From Patescibacteria group bacterium (GTDB lineage: Bacteria; Patescibacteriota; Microgenomatia; UBA8517), in contig DASVCV010000004.1 of assembly GCA_036381415.1 (NCBI GenBank), forward strand, positions 33,572-97,571: DNA of 64,000 nt, read 5' to 3'. Positions 38,387 to 46,478 of the stretch are shown here, one piece after another. The position numbers and the translations under genes are program-made. Every line of letters begins with the position of its first letter. Position 1 is the first letter of the stretch. Below the pieces are notes generated by a model. The model saw nothing but the letters and a program-made list of their open reading frames with translations. It made no database searches and was not told the origin of the DNA.

Positions 38387-40741
38387 TTATAGTTTAGCAC
38401 GCCTTGTCACTTCTGCTTCAACTAGCCTCACATCTCTTCCATATCTAAGCCTACTCATTTCTTTAATGATTTCTGCCATCCTTGGGTTTTCCTGAGCACG
38501 TTCGGCTTTAATGTCTTTTGTTAAATCCATTGAAAAAGGCTGAGCTGGCTCATTATTAACTATGGTTTTAATAAATGCATGATATCTTTCCACATTTAAA
38601 AGATCATCTTCACCAAAGACAGGTGCGAATTCATGGGCTAAGTAGTTTGCATCTGAAACACCTACTCTAAAACAAACTATAGTTCCTACATTTCCAAAAA
38701 CTGCATTCTTAACTTCTTCTTCAACCTGGCCTATAAATTGGTTGGCTACACAGAGCCCAAGCCTATATTTTCTTGCTTCAGATAGCATTACTGCAAAATC
38801 AGGGGTAGCAAAATTTTGGAACTCATCAACATATAAATAAAAGTCTGGTCTTTGGGATTCGTCAACATCTTGACGAGAAAGAGCTGCCATCAAAATTCTT
38901 GGAACTAAGATTAGACCCAAGAAGCTTGAATTTTCTTCTCCAATTTCTCCTTTTGCCAGATTAATTAACAATATTTTCTTTTGATCCATTACTTCACGGA
39001 GTGAGAATGAAGATTGAGATTGACCAATAATGTTTCTAATCATGCGGTTTGTGACAAATCTTCCAAACTTAGAAACAATGTAGTCCAAAACTTCTGATTT
39101 ATGGAAATCAGCAGTCTGGGCAATTTGGTCTGTCCAGTAACGTCTGACAATTGGGTCTGTAACTTTGGGAAGAAGCTCTTGAACAAATCTGGAATCGGTT
39201 AAAATTCTCATTACTTCAACAAAAGTACTTCCCTCTTCTGCCATGGCAGTAAGCATTGCATTTCTTACAGCGTGCTCAAACCTTGGTCCTACAATTCCAG
39301 TTTTATATGGATCAAAAAGTTTATACATCATATTAATAACTGCTGTAGCTGCAAAGTGCTTTTGATCTTCTGTTTTGGCTTCTAAAAGATTAAGACCCAT
39401 GGGTCGGTCAGTGTCACCTGGGTTAAAGTAAATTACGTCTTCAGCTCTCTCTGGAGGAATTAACTTCATGATGTCTTGGAGTGTTTCTCCGTGAGGATCC
39501 ATGAAGCACAAGCCTTTACCTGCTTTGATATCCTGGAGAATCATGTCTTTTAAGAACTCTGATTTCCCAGTTCCAGTTCTTCCAATAATATAGGTGTGTC
39601 TTAATCTGTCTTCATCTCCAATGTAGACTTTTCTTTTAATTCCTCTGTAGCTACTCATTCCCAGATATAATCCTTCTTGAGGAATTTCAGCTGGAGCAGG
39701 AGCTGATTTGGCTGTGACCCAAAAAATATGGGGGGTTGTTATTTGTTTGTTTGGAAAATGGAAAACTGTTGCCAATTCTTCTGAATTAAGAATGGAAATA
39801 TGATTTCCCCAAATATTAAACATTGGCTGATACCTGTATAGAAAATCTTCCATGAAGAATTCCTTTCTTCTAATTTTTCTTCCTTTAAAACCATTTTGTT
39901 CACCTGCAAACTGTTCAAAGGCAGTTGAAAGGTTTGAAATGTGGACTTTAGCTCCTTCTTCAGTTGGAGAAACTGCAACTATTCTAATAACTACCTCAAA
40001 GCCTGGTTTTGTAATTTTACCTTCAACGGCTTCTAGTGCTTTGGCACCTACTGAAAACTTTGCTTTTTCAGGATCTGATTCCTGTTTTTTAGTGTCTGAA
40101 ATGAATTTTCTTCCTTCTTTTTGCCAAATTGCATCTGCTGGTGAAACTACAATTTGAATTGCAGCTGCCTCGTTTGGTCCCATCTTTGCTAAAGCTGAAG
40201 TAACCGCAGCTAATGGGTCGGTTGCCATATCTCTAAAAACTTTAATTGGATAGAAGTTGGCTTTTCTTAATTGAAGTGACTTGTAAGCTACTTTTCCTTC
40301 TTCATTAAAGAGGTTGTATTCTGGAACTTCTACAATTTCAGCATCTCCATATGCACCATTAATTTGTTTTTCAACAAGGTCTTGAATCTTTTTTGGACAC
40401 CAGACATAGAATTTTATATCCTCTTGTTTAGCTACAATTTCAAAAGAAATTACTGGCTGAATATCATATTTTTGCTTCCATCCACCTTTTTTGATTGAAT
40501 AAAGACTTGAAATAAGCTGGTCCATTGCATCAATTTTTATTTCATTGCCCCTTGGAACTGCAACTTGAAGAAGAACTGAGTCAATAGATCTTTTTTCTCT
40601 GTTTCTATTTCTGTAATAAGTAAGCAAAAGGTAGAAACCTGCCGCTAACCCAAACATTAATGCTCCAAAAATAAAAACTCCTATAAAAATGGCTATAAAA
40701 TTGATTGATTGAACTTGGTATAGATTATCTGTTATTGGCAT
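38387..40741 (-). CDS. membrane-anchored TraD/VirD4/TraG (or HerA/DUF87)-like P-loop NTPase
   Basis: N-terminal TM helix; Walker A IIGRTGTGKSEF, DPHGE, Walker B FYLYVDEFQNF; ~350-aa N-terminal domain of unknown function. Confidence 0.55.
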   Translation of the reverse strand: MPITDNLYQVQSINFIAIFIGVFIFGALMFGLAAGFYLLLTYYRNRNREKRSIDSVLLQVAVPRGNEIKIDAMDQLISSLYSIKKGGWKQKYDIQPVISFEIVAKQEDIKFYVWCPKKIQDLVEKQINGAYGDAEIVEVPEYNLFNEEGKVAYKSLQLRKANFYPIKVFRDMATDPLAAVTSALAKMGPNEAAAIQIVVSPADAIWQKEGRKFISDTKKQESDPEKAKFSVGAKALEAVEGKITKPGFEVVIRIVAVSPTEEGAKVHISNLSTAFEQFAGEQNGFKGRKIRRKEFFMEDFLYRYQPMFNIWGNHISILNSEELATVFHFPNKQITTPHIFWVTAKSAPAPAEIPQEGLYLGMSSYRGIKRKVYIGDEDRLRHTYIIGRTGTGKSEFLKDMILQDIKAGKGLCFMDPHGETLQDIMKLIPPERAEDVIYFNPGDTDRPMGLNLLEAKTEDQKHFAATAVINMMYKLFDPYKTGIVGPRFEHAVRNAMLTAMAEEGSTFVEVMRILTDSRFVQELLPKVTDPIVRRYWTDQIAQTADFHKSEVLDYIVSKFGRFVTNRMIRNIIGQSQSSFSLREVMDQKKILLINLAKGEIGEENSSFLGLILVPRILMAALSRQDVDESQRPDFYLYVDEFQNFATPDFAVMLSEARKYRLGLCVANQFIGQVEEEVKNAVFGNVGTIVCFRVGVSDANYLAHEFAPVFGEDDLLNVERYHAFIKTIVNNEPAQPFSMDLTKDIKAERAQENPRMAEIIKEMSRLRYGRDVRLVEAEVTRRAKL

Positions 40742-41063
40742 TTTGTCCTCCCCATACTACGGTCCATCCTAAATGAGCTGCTTTTTGAAGCATTCTTAAC
40801 CAAAAACGGGCAAGCCATGTAATGGAATTAGTTATTGATCCTTTACTCCAAGCAATTAGATTACTCTGACTTGTTGGAATAGTAATTGTAACAGTCTGAG
40901 TCAAAGGTGTTTGGATCAACTGGCGTCCTCCATCTTGAACAGTTGCCTTGAAATTAGTTTCAACCTTTTTGATCTCTGGAATGGACTGTGGAACCTCAAT
41001 TTCTTCAGGCCGTTCTTTAACTAAATCTGTAATGCGTGGTCCTCTTTCTGGAAATAGTGCCAT
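40725..41063 (-). CDS. hypothetical protein
   Basis: 112 aa; 17-nt overlap with ATPase gene start. Confidence 0.3.
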   Translation of the reverse strand: MALFPERGPRITDLVKERPEEIEVPQSIPEIKKVETNFKATVQDGGRQLIQTPLTQTVTITIPTSQSNLIAWSKGSITNSITWLARFWLRMLQKAAHLGWTVVWGGQNANNR

Positions 41064-41085
41064 ATCTAAACCATTTTAACACTAT

Positions 41086-41631
41086 TTACTTCTTCTTCCC
41101 TACCCAGATTTCTTCTTTAATTTTTTGGTCTGAATTTGTTAATCTTGCTAGCATGAAAAGGAAATCACTTAGACGGTTCATATAAATTTTAATTGAATCT
41201 GGAACCTTTTCTACTTCAGATAATGCAGTTACTTCCCTTTCAGCACGACGTGCCATTGAACGCGAAACATGAAGCTGAGCACTTAAGGGAGTGCCCCCTG
41301 GAAGGATAAAGTGAGAAAGCCTAGGTAGATTTCCCTCCCAAACATCAATCATTTTTTCAAGCTTTTTTGTTTTTGTCTTTGAGAAACGGAGCTTGGATCC
41401 AGCAAGGCAGGAGCCAATTGTAAGCAAATCTCTTTGGATATCTGAAATTATTTTTTGGATCTTTAAATCAAGACAGAAGGATTTGGCTAGACCTAAAAAA
41501 GAATCAAGTTCGTCAATTGATCCTATTGTTCTAATTCTTATTGAATCTTTTGAAATCCTTTGGCTTGTTGCAGGCTGTGAGCTATATAAACTTGTAGTGC
41601 CTTTATCTCCTTTTTTGGTGTAGATTGCCAC
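41086..41631 (-). CDS. ATP:cob(I)alamin adenosyltransferase, PduO-type
   Basis: MAIYTKKGDKGTTSL N-terminus and FILPGG...HVSRSMARRAER motifs. Confidence 0.85.
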   Translation of the reverse strand: MAIYTKKGDKGTTSLYSSQPATSQRISKDSIRIRTIGSIDELDSFLGLAKSFCLDLKIQKIISDIQRDLLTIGSCLAGSKLRFSKTKTKKLEKMIDVWEGNLPRLSHFILPGGTPLSAQLHVSRSMARRAEREVTALSEVEKVPDSIKIYMNRLSDFLFMLARLTNSDQKIKEEIWVGKKK

Positions 41632-41794
41632 GAGGGAATTATAACCTATATTTTAGCTAAAGTGGATCTATCAATTCTTAAAATTACTGGGGCCATTGCC
41701 GGGTCGTAACTTACTCAAATGACTGAATAGTTCTTTCGTTAAACGAAAGATGTTCGCCACAACAAGAGCCCCAGTTTCTTAGTAGAAAAATAAT

Positions 41795-44293
41795 TTAACA
41801 TTCGCTGTAGGCGCAGGAATAACATTTCTTGCAGCCTTCCTCATAAACCAGAGTCCCTTCTCCACAGGAAGGACAAATATCTTTTTGTTTTCCAAAAAGA
41901 GGTGGAACATCAGAATCAAGGGACATTTGCTTGGATTCTTTTTCTTTATCTTGGCTTGTTTTTGCTTCTAAAACGGGAGAGGAATCAATTACAGTATCTG
42001 TTGCATGTCCATTGCCTGCAGGCATTTCCATGTCATGAGGCAATCCCATAAGGCCAAAGTGTATTTCAATTGCCTTACCGACTGCTTCAGGAAGACTTCT
42101 AATCTTATTTGGGCCAAACCCAACTGATCTTCCCCCACTAATACCTTTGAGCTGTTCTACTATATTTTTTGCTCTTTCAATTGCTGGCAGATGATTTCCA
42201 AATCTTAAGGTTGTTGAGATTAATCTTCCTAAGGCTTCTGCCATGGCTGATACTTCAGAGCCGCCCTTGCCCATTGTTACAAAGACTTCAAAAGGATTTC
42301 CCATTTCATCATGATTTACTGTAATGAATGCACTTCCAAGAGGAGTTCCTATTTTATAAGTGGCTCCTTCAACTTTTACTGGACGAGGCTTAAGAACTGT
42401 GACATATTCTTCTTTTGGTTCAACTTTTGTTTCTTCTTTTGCCTTTTCCTCTTTTTTAACACCCAGGTTTAATACTTGCTCCTGCTTGCAGCCATCTCTA
42501 AAGACTGTGATCCCTCGGCAGCCTGTTTCCCAAGCCAACATATAGGCTTTTTTAATATCATCTACTGTTGCATCGTTTGGAAGATTAATAGTTTTTGAAA
42601 CAGCATTATCGGTGTGTTTTTGGAAAGCTGCCTGCATTTTTACATGCCAATCTGGGTGGATTTCATGAGCTGTTCCAAACACTTTCTTTACATCATCTGG
42701 TATTTCATCAATACCTCTTAATGTTCCATGGTCGGCTACTTTCTTCATTAATTCTTCAGAGTAAAATCCTCTTTTTTTAGCTATATCTTCAAAATAGGGG
42801 TCTACGAAAGTAAGAGTACGTCCTTCACTTTTAACAATGTGCTGATATGCAACTGCAAACATTGGTTCAATTCCACTGTAGCAGTTGGCTAATATTCCAA
42901 TGGATCCTGTCGGAGCAATTGTTGTAACGGTGCTATTTCTTACTGGATTATCTTTATAGATACTCTGTTTAACTAGTGGGAATGGACCTCTTTCTTTGGC
43001 AAGTTCACCTGATGCTAGATGGGCATGGGTGTTTATGAACTTCATTACTTTTTCTCCAAGCTTTAATGCTTCTTCACTGTCATATGGAATACCAAGCTGA
43101 ATAAGCATGTCGGCAAACCCTCCTACTCCGAGTCCAATTCTTCTTATTTTTTTCACTGTATCTGCAATTTGAGGAAGAGGAAAAGGATTCATTTCAATTA
43201 CAGAATCTAAAAGCCTTACAGAAGTGTTGACTGAATCTTCTAATTTATCCCAATCCACTTCACGTCCGTCAGGAGTTTCTTTGACATAGTACTTTAAAAA
43301 GATTGATCCTAGATTACAAGCATCAAATGGATAAAGGGGCTGTTCACCACAAGGGTTAGTGGATTCTACTTCCCAACCTTCTGCCCTTACTGGATTTGCA
43401 GAGCTTTGATTAATTCTATCTATAAATATCATCCCTGGATCCCCTGACTTCCAGGCTCCTTTTGCAATTTCATCCCAGACCATACGGGCTGGAAGCTTGC
43501 CTACCACTTCTTTTGTATGAGGGGCTATGAGATCATATTCCTTGTCTTCAGCTAGAGCTTTCATGAACTTATCTGTTGCAGTAACTGAAATGTTAAAGTT
43601 TGTGATGCTTACTCCATCATCTTTACAATGAATAAAATCTAGGATATCCGGATGATCTACTCTTAGAATTCCCATATTTGCACCACGCCTCATCCCTCCT
43701 TGTTTTATCTGCTGGGTTGCTTCGTTGTAGACTCTCATGAAAGAGACTGGACCTGAGGCTACTCCCATTGTGGACTTTACTCTTGATCCTGCTGGACGGA
43801 GTCTACTAAAGGAAAAGCCAGTTCCTCCTCCTGATTGGTGAACTAAAGCCTGATATTTAATTCCATCAAAAATGCCTTGGAGTGAATCTTCAACAGGAAG
43901 CACATAACAAGCACTATATTGAAGCCCATTTCCCTTTCCAGCATTCATTAGAGTTGGTGAGTTAGGAAGAAACCATCTATTAATCATTAACTTGTAGTAG
44001 GAACGGGCATACTCAATAATTTCTTTTTTGGTTTTTCCATATTTTACTTCTGCTTTAGCTAACTCCCAGGCAACTCTCCAACACATTTGGGGAACGGTTT
44101 CTACCGGCTCGCCTTTTTCATTTTTAAGGAAATATCTTTCTTTTAGAACTTGAATTGCTTGAGGAGACCATTCTGGAACATCAATATCTGATGGAACATC
44201 TGACTTAGGACCTGCTAACTTCTCGACAGCTTTTATCATTTCTTCATATGAGAGGTCAGACCAATTAACTTTATTTGCAGCTCTACTTTTCAT
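41795..44293 (-). CDS. nrdJ: adenosylcobalamin-dependent (class II) ribonucleotide reductase
   Basis: Class II RNR core (NPCGEQPL, thiyl-radical Cys region), C-terminal zinc ribbon CPSCGEG...CKKCYSC. Confidence 0.9.
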   Translation of the reverse strand: MKSRAANKVNWSDLSYEEMIKAVEKLAGPKSDVPSDIDVPEWSPQAIQVLKERYFLKNEKGEPVETVPQMCWRVAWELAKAEVKYGKTKKEIIEYARSYYKLMINRWFLPNSPTLMNAGKGNGLQYSACYVLPVEDSLQGIFDGIKYQALVHQSGGGTGFSFSRLRPAGSRVKSTMGVASGPVSFMRVYNEATQQIKQGGMRRGANMGILRVDHPDILDFIHCKDDGVSITNFNISVTATDKFMKALAEDKEYDLIAPHTKEVVGKLPARMVWDEIAKGAWKSGDPGMIFIDRINQSSANPVRAEGWEVESTNPCGEQPLYPFDACNLGSIFLKYYVKETPDGREVDWDKLEDSVNTSVRLLDSVIEMNPFPLPQIADTVKKIRRIGLGVGGFADMLIQLGIPYDSEEALKLGEKVMKFINTHAHLASGELAKERGPFPLVKQSIYKDNPVRNSTVTTIAPTGSIGILANCYSGIEPMFAVAYQHIVKSEGRTLTFVDPYFEDIAKKRGFYSEELMKKVADHGTLRGIDEIPDDVKKVFGTAHEIHPDWHVKMQAAFQKHTDNAVSKTINLPNDATVDDIKKAYMLAWETGCRGITVFRDGCKQEQVLNLGVKKEEKAKEETKVEPKEEYVTVLKPRPVKVEGATYKIGTPLGSAFITVNHDEMGNPFEVFVTMGKGGSEVSAMAEALGRLISTTLRFGNHLPAIERAKNIVEQLKGISGGRSVGFGPNKIRSLPEAVGKAIEIHFGLMGLPHDMEMPAGNGHATDTVIDSSPVLEAKTSQDKEKESKQMSLDSDVPPLFGKQKDICPSCGEGTLVYEEGCKKCYSCAYSEC

Positions 44294-44418
44294 GTATGAA
44301 AAGATAATCTAATAAAGATGCTTTTTCGTCAACTAGAAACAAGTAAATCAAAGATAATCAATATAGTTTTTTGCCAGGCTTGGGCTGAGGCTATATTTAT
44401 GGAGAAAAAAGAGAATTG

Positions 44419-44516
44419 TAAGAAAATCTTTTGTTCCAGTAAGAAAATCTTCTGTCCCAGTAAGAAAATCTTCTGTTCCAGTAAGAAAATCTTCTGTTCC
44501 AGTAAGAAAATCTTGG
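44419..44516. repeat. tandem 21-bp direct repeat, ~4.6 copies (TAAGAAAATCTTCTGTTCCAG)
   Basis: Copies at 44419-44439, 44440-44460, 44461-44481, 44482-44502, partial 44503-44516; 1-2 substitutions; 126-233 nt upstream of nrdJ ATG. Confidence 0.9.
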
Positions 44517-44569
44517 GTGGCAGTTAAAAAAATGCGGTTAATTTTTAAACTCAAACTTTTATATTTATG

Positions 44570-45193
44570 TTAATTCGTGAAGGGATTTTTTGGAGCTAAT
44601 ACGCCTATTTGAGAAAGCCTAACTTTGACTTCATCATATGCTCGTTTTGGATAATTTCCTGTTTCAACAATCCTGGGCTTGGCATCTTCTGGAGCATATA
44701 GTACTAATTGATCAATTACTTCTCTATGTTTTAAGGAGCAAAGGCTTAATTTATGGAGTAAGTTAGAAGTATCAAGGCCTTGCTCTTTTGCTATTTTTTC
44801 TTCACCTACTGATGCTTCCAAGTATTTTTCAGCTTTTGTTAGAACAGAGGTTGCAAGTTCAGATTTGCCTTTTTGATATAGTACTTGGGCACTTGCTAGT
44901 CTTTTGTCTGCAAGAAGAAGATATAATTCTGATTTTTTAACTGGGTTGAAGGTAAAGCTTAACCAAATTCTGTCTCTTAAAACTTTAAGTGGCCAAAGAG
45001 GGCTATCGGGAAGGATTATTCCTGGATAGGCAACATTATAGACAACACCGACTGTAGGAATATTTGTTGTTGGCGCTGGAGATGGTTTTTGAGTAAAGTT
45101 ATATTCTATGGCTGAAGCTTTGACTACTGAAGTCAATAACACTGCGACTGCAATAATTAAGAGGGAGGCAGTTCCCAGGACGCGAACAAGCAT
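44570..45193 (-). CDS. hypothetical secreted/membrane-anchored protein
   Basis: N-terminal TM, 207 aa. Confidence 0.4.
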   Translation of the reverse strand: MLVRVLGTASLLIIAVAVLLTSVVKASAIEYNFTQKPSPAPTTNIPTVGVVYNVAYPGIILPDSPLWPLKVLRDRIWLSFTFNPVKKSELYLLLADKRLASAQVLYQKGKSELATSVLTKAEKYLEASVGEEKIAKEQGLDTSNLLHKLSLCSLKHREVIDQLVLYAPEDAKPRIVETGNYPKRAYDEVKVRLSQIGVLAPKNPFTN

Positions 45194-45267
45194 AAGGTAA
45201 TTGTCATACTAGAACCTCTTCGGTGAAAAGTCAACCCAAAAAATACCCGATTTAAGGCCATTTTTGG

Positions 45268-45915
45268 CTATCTGAACAAATTAATTGGCCATTCCCAGAG
45301 AACATGAAGGAAGATGGAAGAAGCAACATTTTTGGTTCTGGCATATATGAAGGCAGCTCCTAGTCCATATATAAAAGTTAAGAAAAGGTAGACAACTGCT
45401 TCATTTACTGAATATTTGAGGACAAAAATAGTAACAGGGACATGGATCGCGGTCCAGAGAATGCTTGTAATTAGGTTGGCAATCCATTCATTTTTTAAAG
45501 CTGCCCAGAGTCTTGTAAAAATATAACCTCTAAATGCAATTTCTTCAGAAATGGCGGTAGCTATTGAAATGCCTAGGGAAATAAACATGGCTTGGGAGCC
45601 AATGTTTGCCTGAAAATTAAGGTGTCCATATTTAAGGAAGTTTACCAGTATCCCTTCCACTGCAAAGATGAGGCCTAATCCTATGGCAAAATAAATTGCT
45701 GGGAAAAGATTTTTAGATGTCAAACCAATGCTTTCTAGTTTTTGCTTTTCTTTTCTAACTAAATAGAAAGTTGCCCCTATCCAAATTATTGGCTTGACAA
45801 TAATTTCTTCAATGGTATCAGGAAGCTGAAAAATGTAGCGGTACAATCCCCAGACAAGGAGTAAAAATACAAAAAGAATAGTGGCATTTTTAAAGGCAGA
45901 GATTTTTTTGTTCAT
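45268..45915 (-). CDS. CPBP-family (CAAX/Abi) intramembrane metalloprotease
   Basis: EEIAFRGYIF and ILWTAIHV motifs. Confidence 0.75.
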   Translation of the reverse strand: MNKKISAFKNATILFVFLLLVWGLYRYIFQLPDTIEEIIVKPIIWIGATFYLVRKEKQKLESIGLTSKNLFPAIYFAIGLGLIFAVEGILVNFLKYGHLNFQANIGSQAMFISLGISIATAISEEIAFRGYIFTRLWAALKNEWIANLITSILWTAIHVPVTIFVLKYSVNEAVVYLFLTFIYGLGAAFIYARTKNVASSIFLHVLWEWPINLFR

Positions 45916-45927
45916 TTGGGCAGAGCT

Positions 45928-46452
45928 TTAATTGCTCTTAGTATTTATTTTACACTCTGCAAAGCTTCTATCAATAGCATTAATTATCATTTCAAACCTG
46001 GACTGGGCAATTTCAAGAGTGATTGCATTTTTTTCATTTGGAAACCAATGAAAGACCAGGTTCCTGCACTCACGCCAAGTTTCCCATAGAGTGTTTGCCA
46101 AGTCCTTACCTCCGCAATGCTGGGCAACTTTGTCATATATACTTTCAAAATCTGGAAAGTCTTTTCTAATGGCTGGATTTAGGGCCTTGCCAATTCTAAA
46201 GTGTTTGCCAAAATAATCCTCCTCACTTATAAAGCCCATGTCTAAAAAGAATTTCTTTAAAAAGCCTTCATAAGCCTTTGCTGCAGGAAAGACTACAAAT
46301 GAATAGTCGTGGAACTTTTCTCCCCAGGAAGGAACTAGAGTAAGAAGAATTTGGGACTCATGAAGAAGTTCTGTTAGATCTTCCTCAATATAGTTTGCCC
46401 AAGGTTTTTCTTTTATAGAAATATCTTGACTTGGTCCAAAGTTAACATCCAT
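45928..46452 (-). CDS. hypothetical protein
   Basis: 174 aa. Confidence 0.35.
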   Translation of the reverse strand: MDVNFGPSQDISIKEKPWANYIEEDLTELLHESQILLTLVPSWGEKFHDYSFVVFPAAKAYEGFLKKFFLDMGFISEEDYFGKHFRIGKALNPAIRKDFPDFESIYDKVAQHCGGKDLANTLWETWRECRNLVFHWFPNEKNAITLEIAQSRFEMIINAIDRSFAECKINTKSN

Positions 46453-46478
46453 ATTAATTTTAAAGTATAATTGAAGAT

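Noticed and set aside
41632-41794. Cobalamin riboswitch between nrdJ and the PduO adenosyltransferase gene
   Set aside because: Looked on both strands for the B12-box (GCCACTG) and GGGAA/GGTG core elements; not found.
44318-44554. ORFs on both strands across the 21-bp tandem repeat (KKIFCSSKKIFC... / FLTGTEDFLTGTED...)
   Set aside because: Periodic peptides generated by the DNA repeat itself; no start context; treated as repeat artefacts.
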